Positions 44,171 through 59,092 of a DNA stretch of 64,000 nt are shown piece by piece. The DNA lies in assembly GCF_009914755.1 (NCBI RefSeq), contig NC_060926.1; one strand, 5' to 3'. Positions within the stretch are counted from its first letter, which is position 1. Each line of letters opens with the position of its first letter. Below the pieces are notes generated by a model that made no database searches, was not told where the DNA came from, and worked only from the letters and a program-made list of their open reading frames with translations. Both the position numbers and the translations under genes were made by a program. Origin of the DNA: the human T2T-CHM13v2.0 reference genome, Homo sapiens.

Positions 44171-45983
44171 TGGTGGCGGTGGATATTTATTCATAAATTT
44201 ATCTCTAGTGTTTTTACAATTCCTAGTGTATACTAGTTGCTAGAAAATATCTATTACATGAATGATCTATAGTGACCGATTTCAACCTCCTGAAAATACA
44301 AATCGATGATTAGAAGTTGTTTACTAAGCCAGCACAGTTACATATCACTTCATTTGTTTAAGTGGAATGTTTCTTTTTCTCCTGTGTTTCACAGATTCCA
44401 TCTTACTAACCTCCGACCTTATAGAAACTAACAGGTGAGATGTTTCCCAGGTCACCCCTACTCCATCCTGTGATTGATGCAGGGGAGACTTAAGTCTTGA
44501 ACAACAGATGAAGATGCCTTCAGTTTATCCCATTGTTTACTTTTCTTTGATTTTTGGCTTCATCTCTTCAATCACATTCTGGTAACAGGCTCAAGTTTAT
44601 TTCAAGCAATCGATTAGATACTAATAAAGCATTGTCCTTTGAGAATGGGCCACTGCTTTCTATATCAGGTAATGGCTTCTTAATATTTCAGTTGATTTCT
44701 TTACAAGTAAACACTGTGTCATATTGAGAGGTGACCAATAAGAGAGTGAGTTAAGGTACATGACTATAATATAAATTCCTAGGTGTGAGAGCAGAAGAGT
44801 GGCAGCAATCCTCATTAATAAGTGCATTTATAAAGACTTGAAAATGTATTTGCATTTGCCTGCCAAAGTAATCATGCATAATAGAAAGACTCTACAGCAA
44901 AATAGGCAGAATAAAGCCATCAAAAGATATCATTCACAGAAACTAAATTTGATCATCATGTAGAAAATATGCTGCTAAGCTTATTGCTTGTATAAATACC
45001 AACTTTAGCCAATAGGCTGCTTCATAATGAAGTATTAGTGGCTGAATAGGATCTTAAAATGGAAATGCTGAATCCCAGAAAAGAAGAACATGAATGATGA
45101 TGATGATGCCTTGACATAAATATAACAGAAGCACCATGTTGTAATCAAGAAGTACATATTTCTTTCAATTGATAGTTATTCCCACTGCTTATTAGCTTGA
45201 TCAATTGGACAAGTGCACAGAAAAACAAAGTTTCCCATAAATACCATGATTTTTTTGCCCAATGTAAAAATCTTTAGTTTTAGGTCAGATACTCCCACTG
45301 AGTGTCCTTGAATAAAATGATTTGTTGCCCAAATGTAAGTGGAAGGTATAAAGAACAGCATAATACTCTTCAGTCATACAATTATGTATTTTTAATTTTA
45401 CTACATTATTTAATATATGTTTTGCTGCCTCCACTATTTGTAGTAACTTAAACTTTAATCCAATTCTCTATATAGCCATTTTGTAAATAAAAGTTGGATT
45501 CAGTTTGAATAGGACTAGCAAATTGACATAAATATCAGAAATCATTTTGAAAACATGAACCAAGTTAATTACCCAGTTTGCAAATGAGTTATTATAATTT
45601 GATGGCTTTGCTTTGGAAAGCATATACGGGATTTCAAAATAAAAGAAAGTAGACAAACTATAACCCATAAAGGAAAATAAATTATTTTAATTAGGGAAAA
45701 TGGAGTTAAAATGGGAAATGAGAGAAATTATGTTTTTGATGTATGAAATATTTTTAATTAGGATGAAGGGACTAGAACTAATATTTACTAAGGACACATT
45801 AAGTGTCAAGCACTGTATTATATATTTACACATACTATAAGCTTTATAGACTTCATATACAATACCTTATATTTTAAAAACATGTTTCTTTTTTATTATT
45901 TATTATATGGAAAGCATATTTAGTGATACTTGTCTTATCCTCAAAAATATAAAATCAAGTAAACCATTAAAAAACATAATGTG

Positions 45984-46280
<297 letters not shown>

Positions 46281-47354
46281 AAAAAACATGATGTGACCTT
46301 ATATATTACTCAGTTCAACCAATTTATTAAGTGCCTGTACTATGCCAGTTGTCCTACTAGGCACCCAGGTGCAGTAGTAGTAATTTACGGTGTGCAATTG
46401 TACATCATATTTCAAATATAAAATTATGATCTCAAACTTTTGAGATGCCCTATACCTGAAGGAATAATCTGAGATAAGTGAATGAAAAACAAAATAATTC
46501 AGATTTTCCTGGCCAAGTGATTGATCTCAAAAACTGCTCTACTTTTATGTTACCAACAGCCTTTAAAGATAATTGTCAAAGTGTAGCTTTCCTTCTATTG
46601 AAAGAGCAGGCCAATCTTGGTGAGAAAATTATTACCTTAATTTAATTTAAAAACAATGACAGTACAGACAATGCTATTTAGGTAACACAAAGCTAGAGTT
46701 GCAGTCTTAAGAAACTGTAATTAATATAAGGTCTCTAATTTATTTATTGAGCCTCTAATCTGTGGCAAGCAACAAAGGAATACCAAATAATTATTCACTG
46801 AATCTCAGGTCATGTTTAGCTCAGACATCAGGATGCTCAGAGCACGTGTTACAGGAAGATTAAATCTGAAGACCCAGGCCATTTTTCATAGACAAGAAAA
46901 AAGAGATTAAAAAGTAGCCTGCTGGAAAATGCTTTAGGAACCCAGTAGTCCCATTACGCAACAATCGTTTTGTGAATGTCTGCTCACTGCCCTTAGAATT
47001 AACTGTTTAATGCCAGCATTCTCCACAAACCTCTAGGCTCTGAGATGGTGGGGGCCCCTGTATACTTATTCACTATTGTATTCTTCACCACGTAGTACAT
47101 AATGAACATTCCACTTATTTGTGGCATTAGTGTAAGATATGGTCCCTGGGTTCAAAGAGTTTATAACATATGAAAAGAGATAGATGAGCAGACTTTTTTT
47201 TTTAGTAAAAATGAGTGCAATGATAATGAAGATAACTATACTTTACCCACCACCCAACACATCTACTCTATTCCCTACTCCTATTTTTGGTCCATAACCA
47301 TATAATACTACCTAACATGCTATGTTTTTCATATATTTTACTTATCTGCTCTGT

Positions 47355-47525
47355 TTCTCTCTCTCTTTCTCTCTGGGTATGTGTGCATGTATACAGTGTG
47401 CATATTTATGTTTGTGTGTATTCATATGTGTGCATGTATGTATACACATATGTATATATATATTTGTATGTATGTGTGTAGAGATGTATACACACACAAA
47501 CATATATATACATACACATATATAT
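47355..47525. repeat. (CT)n plus (TG/TA)n low-complexity tract
   Basis: Direct reading. Confidence 0.85.
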
Positions 47526-48084
47526 GGAAGTATTGTCCAGTCCTAGAAGAATGTTTGGCAGATAGTAGGGAATGAGAACTACAGCTCGAATAAATTAAAA
47601 GTAATGGTGGGTACTGAGGGACACTAGACTCTTAGAGGAGCTTTCCCAGAGCCATGGTAAGGAGGTGAAGCTTTCAAGAGAGTAAAGATTCTGGCAGCAC
47701 CTGAGAGAAGTGATACTGGAGAGGCGACAACAAATTCAGAAGGAAGCTGGATGAGATCTATCCGAAAGACAATAGCATCAACCTTGACCTATTCAGATCA
47801 GTAATTGGGGAGGAATTCATTTTAATGGTGGTCAATGAAAGGGTATAAATGAAAGGTTTGCTGGAAAGGCATTCACTCAAGGACAGAAAAATCAGGACCC
47901 AAAATCACTGCACTTCCTACCTGTTGCCCCTCCAGAGTTAGCATGGCAGCTTCCTTCCAGAAGTTGTGATCATGAAGAAGAATGAGAAGAAGGTGAGGGA
48001 TCAGCGACTAATGGATCTAGCAGCTGATAAGAGCTCTGGGCACTGTACTAGAATGTGTAATAGAGAAACTGTGTTCGGCAATAT

Positions 48085-48618
48085 ATATTTTATTTTTACT
48101 TTTATTTTAGGTTCAAGAGTACAAGTGCAGGTTTGTTATAGAGGTAAATTGTATGTCACAGGGGTTTGATGTGCAGGCTAGTTTGTCACTTGGTGATAAG
48201 CATAGTACCAGATAGGTAGTTTTTTTATATTCACCCTCCTGCCACCCTTCATCCTGAAGAAGGCCCTGGTATCTATCGTTCTCTTCTTTGTGTCCATGTC
48301 TACTCAATGTTTAGTTCCCACCTATCAGTGAGAACATGTGGAATTTGGCTTTCTGTTGCTGCATTAGTTTATTAAGGATAATGGCCTCCAGCTCCATCCA
48401 TGTTGCTGCAAAGGACATGATCTTGTTCTTTTTTATGCCGTGTAGTATTCCATGGTGTATATGTGCCACAATTTCTTTATCCAGTCTACCATTGTTGGGC
48501 ATTTAGGTTAATTCCACATCTTTGCTATTGTGAATATTGCTGCAATAAACATTCACGTGCATGTATTTTTATGCTGGAATGATTTATATTCCTTTGGGTA
48601 TATACCCAGTAATAGGAT
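48085..48618 (-). mobile_element. L1PA15/16-like 5'-truncated 3' end
   Basis: ORF2 C-terminal IKKNKIMSFAATWMELEAIIL; TSD tgtgttc(g/a)gcaatat at 48070-48084 and 48619-48633. Confidence 0.9.
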
Positions 48619-48845
48619 TGTGTTCAGCAATATTTAAATACCAAATGCACTGAGAGAGAGAAAAAAATAATCTTCATTTATAAAATTTACTTGAATAGTA
48701 TATCATTGTCTATACCATCTTAAATTTCCTTTTTCCAATTATTTTTAAGTGATTTATCCATGTGGATCAATATAGAACTTCTTTGTTTATTTCAACAGCA
48801 ATGTAGTATGCTATTGCATGTTTGCAGTATATTAATTAAGAAATT

Positions 48846-49138
48846 GGCTGGGCGTAGTGCCTCACACCTATTATGCCAACACTTTGGGAGGCTGAGGTGG
48901 GAGGATTTCTTGAGCCCTGGAGTTAAGAGACTGGCCTGGGCAACATAGTGAGACACCATCTCTACAAAAAAATAACAAAATTAGCAGGTGTGGTAGTATG
49001 TACCTATAGCTCTAGCTACTCATGAGGCTGAAACAGGAGGATTGCTTAAGCCAAGGGAGTCAAGGCTGCAGTGAGTCACGATCACACCTTTGCACTCCAG
49101 CCTGGGTGACAGAGTAAAACTTTATATTAAAAAAAAAG
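48846..49138 (+). mobile_element. AluJ
   Basis: ggaggatttcttgagccctggag, gggcaacatagtgagac, aggctgcagtgag; TSD aagaa(a/g)tt. Confidence 0.9.
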
Positions 49139-49304
49139 GAAAGAAGTTGCTGGAGTGGTGTGGTAGGCAGAATTCTAAGATGATCCCTAAGATTCCTGGC
49201 CCCTGTATATATGTCATGCATAATCCCAGATAATGAACATAATTAATTTTATGTCTGAAATTAGATTAATTTATATGGCACAGATTAACTTTAAAAAAAT
49301 GGTT

Positions 49305-49651
<347 letters not shown>

Positions 49652-49995
49652 TTAAATCTGGGCCTAGAGGTCAGGGATAGAAGTCAGTGACTTAAAGTAC
49701 AAGAAGGATCTGATATGCCACTGCTAGCTTGAAAATGGAGGGGCCACATGGCAAGAAATGCAGCTGAGAGTAGCCCCTGACTCACAGTCAGAGAGCAAAC
49801 AGGGACTTCAGTCCTGGTACTGCGAGGAACTGAAAGTTTTTTTTTTTTTTTTAACAAGAATGAGCATGGAAGCAGATTGTTTTTACCTGTAGCCTCCGGA
49901 TGAAAATGCAGCCCAGCCCTCACCTTGGTGTCAGCCTTGGGCTACTCCAGAGGGCGAGTCGTAGGGTAACAGACTTCCACAGAAATGGTGAGATA

Positions 49996-50347
49996 GCCAG
50001 TGATGATGAGCATAAAAAATGATGAGTTCATGTCCTTTGTAGGGACATGGGTGAAGCTGGAAACCATCATTCTCAGCAAACTATTGCAAGGACAAAAAAC
50101 CAAACACTGCATGGTCTCACTCATAGGTGAGAACTGAACAATGAGAACACATGGACACAGGAAGGGACATCACACACTGGGGCCTGTTGTGGGGTGGGGG
50201 GAGGGGGGAGGGATAGCATTTGGAGATATACCTAATGTTAAATGACGAGTTACTGGGTTCAGCACACCAACATGGCACATGTATACATATGTAACTAACC
50301 TGCACATTGTGCACATTTACCCTAAAACTTAAAGTGTAAAAAAAAAA
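49996..50347 (+). mobile_element. L1PA4-like 3' fragment with ~18-nt inverted 5' piece
   Basis: cataaaaaatgatgagttcatgtcc...gttaaatgacgag...cctaaaacttaaag; TSD agaaa(t/c)ggtgagata at 49981-49995 and 50348-50362. Confidence 0.92.
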
Positions 50348-50460
50348 AGAAACGGTGAGATAATAAATTTCTGTTGTTTTAAGCCACAAGGCTTGTGGTA
50401 GTTTGTTACACAGCAATAGAAAATGAATGGAAGCAGTAATGGCAAAATGTTAAAATTTAA

Positions 50461-50942
<482 letters not shown>

Positions 50943-51672
50943 AAATCATTCTTTTTCTATACTTTTCTATGTACTGAAAATATTTTATGATTTTAAAGGA
51001 AAGGAAGTTGTAATATTGAGGGAAAATGATAACTACGTTAGTAGAGGACTCAAGGGGTCCATGAGATTTGGGGTGAAGAGGTGCATATAGCATGAAAGGT
51101 GAGGGTAGATTCCCGTCTCCCAGACTCCCTTCATTCTGCCTCCATTTCCATTAGCACTTTGACCAGGATTGTTTTCCTTGATAATTCCCCTAAGTCTAGG
51201 TCGCAGTTTAGATTTTCAAGGACACAACATATATTTTATGTGGAAAAAAATGCAAATCTTTCTTTGGAAAAGCTAGAAAAGCAATAGGTGATGCAACTCA
51301 GATATTACTATGTGGCAAATGTCTCACTGGGGGGAAGAATCAGGAAGTATGAACAGTGAGGCTCCAGGAGAAGGAGAATGAACTGGGAGAAACAGCTTCA
51401 AAATGGTAATAACAAAGGCTGACTTTGGAAGAAATGGGACGACTGGGAAATAACTTGCCATTCAAAAATAATTTTAGAGGTCTACAAATGAGGAGCTCTG
51501 AAAGGATAAGCATGGAGTGGTTTAAAACAAACAAAAAACAACTATAAACGTTAATGATGTGAAAATGGTCATAAACCAATTGTGGGAATAATTTCAACAG
51601 AAGAACCAGGTCAACAAGAAGCTATAGTTCTTGAATTTACCCTAAATTTAATTTTAAAAGGGAGTTCTATGT

Positions 51673-51675
<3 letters not shown>

Positions 51676-51727
<52 letters not shown>

Positions 51728-51735
51728 GTCTCTTT
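51676..51735. repeat. (CT)n microsatellite
   Basis: Direct reading. Confidence 0.95.
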
Positions 51736-54309
51736 CCTTCCTGCATGTACTATAAACTCAATTAAAGTTAACGTGAGTTACGGGCAGCATTTCTAAATCA
51801 CAAACCTCTTTGAGGCTAATTATTTTGAACTAAATTGTTAAACAGCAACGTTTTTCCTGGTTTGGCAATAAGCAAGATAACACCCTTGCACACATTATAT
51901 TAGATTTCAAGAAAACATTTATGGAGATATTTCTTCTGTAACAGATTTTTTGCAACTAGTCTAAATTGAGAAAAGATGTGCATTACCCTGGATGCCTACC
52001 AAATGTTTTCATTATGACAGAATTGGCAACTTAACCTTCTTAAATGTATAAAATACCTGTTCTGGGGTATCTTGCCTTTATTGGGTAGTTACCACTTGTA
52101 AAGCCAGGAGATTTGGGTGAATAATCTCCATGTGCCCAGCTACTTTTCTTGTAGAATTATGTGACTCTAATTGCTTGCCCGTTGGGTTCTTAAGAGATCT
52201 ATATAGCACAGTCCAGGGTAACATCTACATGGAACCTAACATCACTTATAGAAAGTCATTCATTCATTATTTATTGGGATTATTGGTGTCCTTGGCACCT
52301 AGGCCAGTGCCGTCTAGAGGAGAACGTCTGTGAGCATTTGCTGAATCAGTGAATCAATGGGCATCTATAAAGTGCTGGGCACTTGACTGGATCTGGTGAT
52401 ACAAGGAAGACCATTTGATATAATACTAAATTGATGCACAGATATGGATACATGAACTACCTGTGTATGGGTCCTTGTTCAGGAGTCAAGAAAGAGGCAC
52501 ATGCAGATTATCTTTGCTGGTGGCATTCTGTTGCATGGACATATCGGGAAATGAGGGAGCAGGGAAGGTTGTCTCAGCAGTCAAGAACTTACTCTAGTCT
52601 CAGTTTTTCTAGGACTGGACTATGCAAGAAGTCTATTAAGGAACACAAAAGAACCCACCAGCACTTTTTAGGATAAAATCCAAGCTCTAGAACTCCACCT
52701 TTTCTAGGGTCACTTACTTACATTTTCCAAGGGAAAAGTTCTAGCGGGATTGGTTTATCACCATCCAACAGAGAACACAAAATATATAGCATATTTTGTG
52801 CTAAGAAACTGCATAGAGATTTGGGTTCATTATGTTCTGCTTTTAAGGTGTCACCTGGTATATTAAGCCACAGCAATACCTATCCAGCCCCCGCATAATC
52901 CAGCAATCACACATTCAATGCCACACATACACATTTCACTCTGGCAGGATGGTACACGTACAACACCAACTTCTGCAATTGGAGGAGACATTACCACAGT
53001 AGCTGGATCCATCTCAGTACTCACAGCCTGTGGGTTCTACTATGTTTGAAATAAACAGCACGTGTAAACCTACCAATAATTAAACAACAACAACAACAAC
53101 ACACAGATCATTTTAAGCAACAACTACTGGATCAACTCCTATTGTAAAGTGGAAAGAAAAAAATAACAGAAAAAGGCATGAAAATATCTCTCCAAAGAAG
53201 TGGTGGTAAATTCAATTTCCTGTAGAGGTCATGGAGGTAATACAAATACGTAAATCTGGATAGTTGTAAGACAGTGTGACAAATACAGCTGGCTTGAACA
53301 GGAGAGTGTGTGTCCTAGTGAAAGAGATTAAAATTAAAATTAAAAAGTGACACCAAACACTGCATGGGCCACCTTCTGCTGGATTCAGCCCACTGGCTGT
53401 CATTCTGAATTCATTGTACTGAATGTCCTGAGGAAATCCAGAAAAGAAAGCTAAGATACAGGGGAAGTCTAACTCACCATTCTCCAAGTGATCACATATC
53501 CAGAGGACATTTCCTCTGCAGTTTTCTTCCTTTGTTCATTCCCTATTCTTGCCTTGGTCAGGTTTCTAAAACCAGGAATTACCTACACTTTCATTTCCAA
53601 GAGATCTATTCGTTGAGTAGGCTGTCCTGCTTGTTTAGGACTATTGTAGTTTTCTTTTATCTTTCATCCCTGCTCTGAAGAGTCCCAAGGGCTCTACTCT
53701 AGGATGGCAACCCTATGCCCATGATGAAGGCTCAGTCTTTGAGCCAACATCACTCTACATTTTTAGTTGATTCCCAGGAGCACTGGGTAGTAGTCTCAAC
53801 TTTCAGTGTCATGCAAATATTATTATGGCTCCTAGAGAAGTAAGCACTCTTCCATGACTATTAAATTCTCCAAGTGAGAACATTCAGTGTAACAGAGCTG
53901 TTAAAAAAATTAAAGGGAGTCATAATTAGGTGCTGGAGACACTGCCTTATGGCTGCTTTTATGGAGGTAAGGGACATACCACATCCTGCTATTCAGGACT
54001 TCAGGTTTCTTAGAATAGTAGTCGCAGATGATAGCACAATTGGATGTGTTTCCACAATTTCTTTCAGAATTGTATCATAATAATTTCAAGTATGTCAGTA
54101 GCAAATTTGAAAAAATGTTTACGGTGCACCTTTATCTACCCAACTCCTAGATTCTACATTTTATCTATACTAGTTTTGTCACGTATCTATTCATCTGTCT
54201 ATTGATGCATCAATCTTATTTTTTATGCCTTTCATAAATTATAGGTATCAATATACTTTTCCCTAAGTACTTCAGTGTGCCTATAGTAACTAGAGTTCAA
54301 TATTTATTG

Positions 54310-55110
54310 TTTTAAACAATTTCGATGTAAAATTTAGATACAATGAAGTGCACAAATCTTCAGCGTACATTTGCTGAATTTTGAAAAATGCATGCATCCG
54401 TGTAACTTATACTCCATCATCACCTTAAAAAGTTCCCTCATGCCTCTTTCCTGACAATCCCCAACTCACCCCCTGGCGAAAACAAAAACAAAAACAAGAA
54501 AACAAAACCCACTGTTTTGATTATTATTTACTGTGGTTTAGCTCTGGACCATTGCATGAATGGAATCATACAGTATGTATTCTTTTTTTTTGTAAGGTTT
54601 CTTTCACTCAGCCTGATGTTTCTGAGACTCTTCCCTGTTATTGCATGTATCAGTAGCCAGCTTTTAAAATTATTGAGCAGTATTCCATTGCATAAATACT
54701 ACGTTTTATCCATTTTTCTGTTGATGACATTTGGGGTGTTTCCAGTTTCAGAATGTCTGTCTCATGATGATTCTACACTTTGGCATCCCTCCCAACAATG
54801 TATGAGAGTTCCAGTTGCTTCATATTCTCACCAATATTTGGTGCTATCAGTAGTTTTTAAATTTTAGCCATTTAAGTGAGTATGTAGTGTTATTTCATGT
54901 TTTCCTTAGTCATATTTTCGTGTCCCCGATGACTAATTATATTGAATACCTTTCCTTGTGTTTACTTTCATTTTGTATATCTTCTTTGGTGAAAAATCTG
55001 TTGGAAACTTTTGTCCATTTTTTATATTTGATGTGTATCTTATTATTGAGTCCTAAAGGTTTCTTATTTTTCCTGGAGATTGGTATTTTGTCCGATACCT
55101 GTGCTTTTAG
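54310..55110 (-). mobile_element. L1MD/ME 3' end
   Basis: aagtgcacaaatctt, aatggaatcatacagtatgta, caacaatgtatgagagttccagttgct. Confidence 0.8.
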
Positions 55111-55579
55111 CTGGATTGCTTTAATGGGCCATTCCGCCATATCATCAACCTAGCCTTATGAATTTTAGGATTGTTGCTAGGATGAGTGTTCTCCTTGTCA
55201 TTAGCATATGATCGCCTTTCTTTTCCTTTGTCCTCAGAAGCACACATGAAGAGCTTTGTAAATTCCTTCAATTATAGCATATGATACTTAAGAGAGGGGT
55301 TTGTCCTTTCTAAGCTGCTAAATTTTGTTTTACCTGAACCACCAATTTGAAAGAAAAAATTAAATGAAAGTTAAAATAATTTATGAAATAACAATCAACT
55401 TCTATGTTTGCTACTTTGATTGTGATAATGGCTTCATGGCTGTATACATATGTCCAAACATATGCATCAAATTATATGCATTAAATACATGCGAGGTTTT
55501 ATATATTAATTACAGCCAATAATCCTGTTAAAGAAAACTAAAATGGAGTCAGAACAAATTAAAAAGTACATGCTAAAAA

Positions 55580-55800
55580 AACCTCATATATTTTATAGTT
55601 TGCAAGTTCTTTCAAATGTATTATTTCATTCAATACTTATTGATAGCCCTTTAAGTGAGGCTACTAGCTCCACTCTACAGATACATAAACTGGGACTTAG
55701 TAAGGATAAGGCTCTTGCTCAAGACCATCCAGCTGGTATACGAAAGAGCCAAATTCAGTTCTTCCAACTCTGCTCTTCACCAGTACCTGGCACCATAGTT
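55580..55800 (-). mobile_element. MIR
   Basis: ccactctacagatacataaactgggacttag...cttgctcaagaccatccagctggta. Confidence 0.6.
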
Positions 55801-56933
55801 AAAATGCATCCTGGAGGTCAGTGTCAGAATTAAGGCTGAAAGGCATGAGCATTTTACTGTCTTCCTTCTAATGGAGACACTGAAGTTGAGCTCTGTTGGT
55901 GAGTTATTAATCCTGCATTTCCTGCTAGTTGCATCTACCCTATGCCCTATTTTTATAAATATCAGGCTTGTTTTGGGAAACTATTTGTGAAATTAATGGC
56001 AATTTGACCTGTAAAAAAACAAAGTGAAAGTAAACCAACTCTGGTCAAATTTGCTTTTAAATTGTAGTATTTTGAAGATTTCTACGTACTGCAAAAAAAG
56101 CAGTTTGGTTTAGTTTCTCAAGGGTTTATTTTTAGAAAAAGCTTTGCAGATGATATGCAGAAGACATTTACTAACATAAAATTATTCTCATGACATGAAT
56201 CAGCTTATTGCTGTTCATCTCATTTAAAATAATGGGTTCTTTACATTTGTTGGATTTATTTTAACATATTAAACCATTTTCAAAAGTGAATGTCAATTTG
56301 AAGAATTACTCTCTCCATGTGTTCAGTAATGGAAGGGAAGCTCACAAGTGCACCATCAGCAAATATCCAAAGGTTTCTCTCATTAAGCCTTCCCATTGCC
56401 TCTGAGTAGGTGAAAGGATTAGGTGACTTAATTCTTGCTTCTAATTCTGTTTCCATTTGAGTTTTAAATATTTACTGCCGCTTAGGAATCTTGCAGTTTG
56501 GTAATCTTCGATGAATCAGTGAAGTGTTTTGACTTATCACAAAAATGCCCTACAGAACAATCTTATTTTTTGCATCTTTCCCTTCCAAGACCAGGCCCAC
56601 GGAAAGTAGGTTAGTTAAACTAGATCAAACGTATGTCTCAATAATTGAAACTCAGCTCCCTCTGGGAGCAGTAGAAATCCTGTTGTAAAGTCAGCACAAT
56701 GACTGCAGAGAACATTCTTTTGTAATTTAGTTTTATTTATGTTTTTTCGAATAAAGTGTTTTTGTTTCCTTTGTCACTTTTTTTGACAAACACCCTGCAC
56801 ATAGTAGATATTCAGGAATAACCTACAAATCGAATTTAAATCTATTCTTTCTTGGGGAATCAGAACTGCTTTTTCTCTTTGTTTTTCCTTCCAAATTCCT
56901 CTAAATATTCAGAATGTTGAATGATGGTTTTAC

Positions 56934-57355
56934 ACTGGAGTTCTAAACTGGAGTTAATGGATAGAATTAAAGGAGTCTGTGAACTTGGGAGGAAAAATGG
57001 ATCTTTCCCATGAGGAATATTTAATTAGAAGTCAGCATTTCCTTCTATTGTGAATATAAGCAATGCACCCACCCCCACCTCAGCATTGTAATGCTAGCAG
57101 TATTTCTGAACTTTTACTGACAACAAAAAATCAGGGATATTTTCAAATCACATTACATTTTTCAGATATTTTGAAATATCATTCATGTTTACCACTGTTT
57201 CAAAATTACTGGGCTCATGCCTGGATATTTTTATTTTCTGCATTCATAAGCTCATGTATTAAGGTATCACATATTTGATTTTAATTACTTTAATAATCAT
57301 ATTTCAATATATTCAGTTTCCTTAGTAGTCTCATGCATCTTATTTTATGATTTGA
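56934..57355. mobile_element. hAT-Charlie fossil (MER113-like)
   Basis: atggatagaattaaaggagtctgtgaacttgg...cagggatattttcaaatcacattaca...gaaatatcatt. Confidence 0.6.
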
Positions 57356-57356
57356 A

Positions 57357-57575
57357 CAGAGCTGGAACTAGGGTCTTGCAAGGCACAAACTGGAAGGTGA
57401 ATGTTTCCTTCAGGATCAGGTGCCAAGGGTACTACATGAAAGAGAGAACTGGCTCTCAGGTCTTTGGAAGTGCAGGATCAGTGAGGGTATAACTAGCATT
57501 TCTACAGATCCAAGAGTGATTTCTTAAGTTTTGCAAATTCAATATCTTCTTTTCCTCACCCTAGTCCAGGCTCTG
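57357..57575. mobile_element. hAT-Tip100-type MITE (MER96-like TIRs)
   Basis: Imperfect TIRs cagagctggaactagggt / accctagtccaggctctg. Confidence 0.6.
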
Positions 57576-57959
57576 TCTTTCAAAACACTATCCTGAGTGT
57601 GATTCCCTTTTCAATTGTAATTCTTGAACATGTCCTCATCCCTCAGGGAAGTCTAGCATACCCATGAAGTGTGCTTGGGAGGCGTGAAGAAAAGGAATCC
57701 AGAGAAGGGTGGTTTTTCTCACATTCCAGTTTCTCTTCTTTCCTTGGAAGACAGAGCAACAGCAGCCCATTGAAGGCACTGTGGCCAAGAATTCTGGGAC
57801 ATGGCATGACCGACTGCAAAGGAAATGGAGATACTAAGCACTGATATGAGTGAGGTGGTCACTGAGATAATGACACAAACTTGAAAAAAAAAAAAAAACC
57901 TCTCATAAGGGATGCAAGATGGGCCCAACACTTTCTGAATATCCATTGGAAGTAGCTGT

Positions 57960-58468
57960 GTCCTACCCTAATGCTCAGAGTCTGTGACCATGTCCCTGGG
58001 AGATTTCTTAGATGGGCTTAATCCTTAAGGGGCTATGAGAATCCTGTAAAAAAGGCAACTTTCTCAGGCTAGTAGCATAAAAGGAAGTCAGAATAATTTA
58101 AAGCATAATAGGTTTTTGAAGAACTTTTGTTGGCTTGGAGATGGAGGATAGACACAGAATATGGGTGTCTCTAAGTAAGAGAAAACCCCAACTAGCAGCC
58201 TTCCAGGAAACACAGCCTCAGCTCTACAATGGCAAGGAACTAAATTCTCCCACATGGGAATGGGCTTTGAAGCAGATTTTTCCTCACAACATCTAAATGA
58301 AGACTCAGTTCTGCAGATACCTTGATTTCAACCTTGTGAAACCATAAGCAGAAAACCCAAGCACACCATCTCGGACTCCTGACCTACAGAACTGTGAGCT
58401 GATAAAAGGGTGCTGGTTTAAGCTGCTAGATTTGTGGTAACTTGTTACACAGTAATATAAACTAACAG
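57960..58468 (+). mobile_element. MLT1E-like solo LTR
   Basis: caaggaactaaattct, accttgatttcaacc, ctcctgacctacagaactgtgag...ttgttacacagtaata. Confidence 0.75.
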
Positions 58469-58659
58469 GAACTGACCACTGGAAAATGGGATGGGACAAG
58501 ATATATTTGCCAGGCCAAAGTGCTGTGCACAGACTTTCTCAAAACCTGTGTTCCCATCTCTGTCGTTTTTCATACTTCTCCTTACATAATTGCTGTTGAA
58601 TATCTGTGAATTGAGTAGCATGCAAATAGCTAATTCCAAAGCCAGCAATCTTACACTAG

Positions 58660-59092
58660 TGTGTTAGGCCCTTCTTGCATTGCTATAGAGAAAACCTAAG
58701 ATTGGGTAATTTATAAAGAAATGAAGTTAATTTGGCTCATGGTTCTGCAGACTGTACAGGAAGCATAGCACTGGAATCTGCTTCTGAGGAGGCCTCTGGA
58801 AACGTAGAATCATGGTGGAAGGTGAAGTGAGAGCTTGCACATCACATGGCAAGAGCAGGAACAAGATACAATTGTGGGGTGGGGGGTGTGCCAAACACTT
58901 TTAAATGATCAGATCTCAGGAGAACTCACTCATTATTGCAAGGACAGCACCAAGGGGGAGGGGGATTGTGCCAAACCATTCATGAGAGATCCACCCCCAT
59001 GATCCATTCACCTCCCACCAGGCCCCACCTCCAACACTGGGGATTACATTTCAACATCAGTTTTGGTGAGGACACAAACTTAAACCATATCA
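58660..59092 (-). mobile_element. MSTA solo LTR
   Basis: tgtgttaggcccttcttgcattgctatag...ggccccacctccaacactgggga...aaaccatatca; TSD acta(g/a). Confidence 0.9.
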
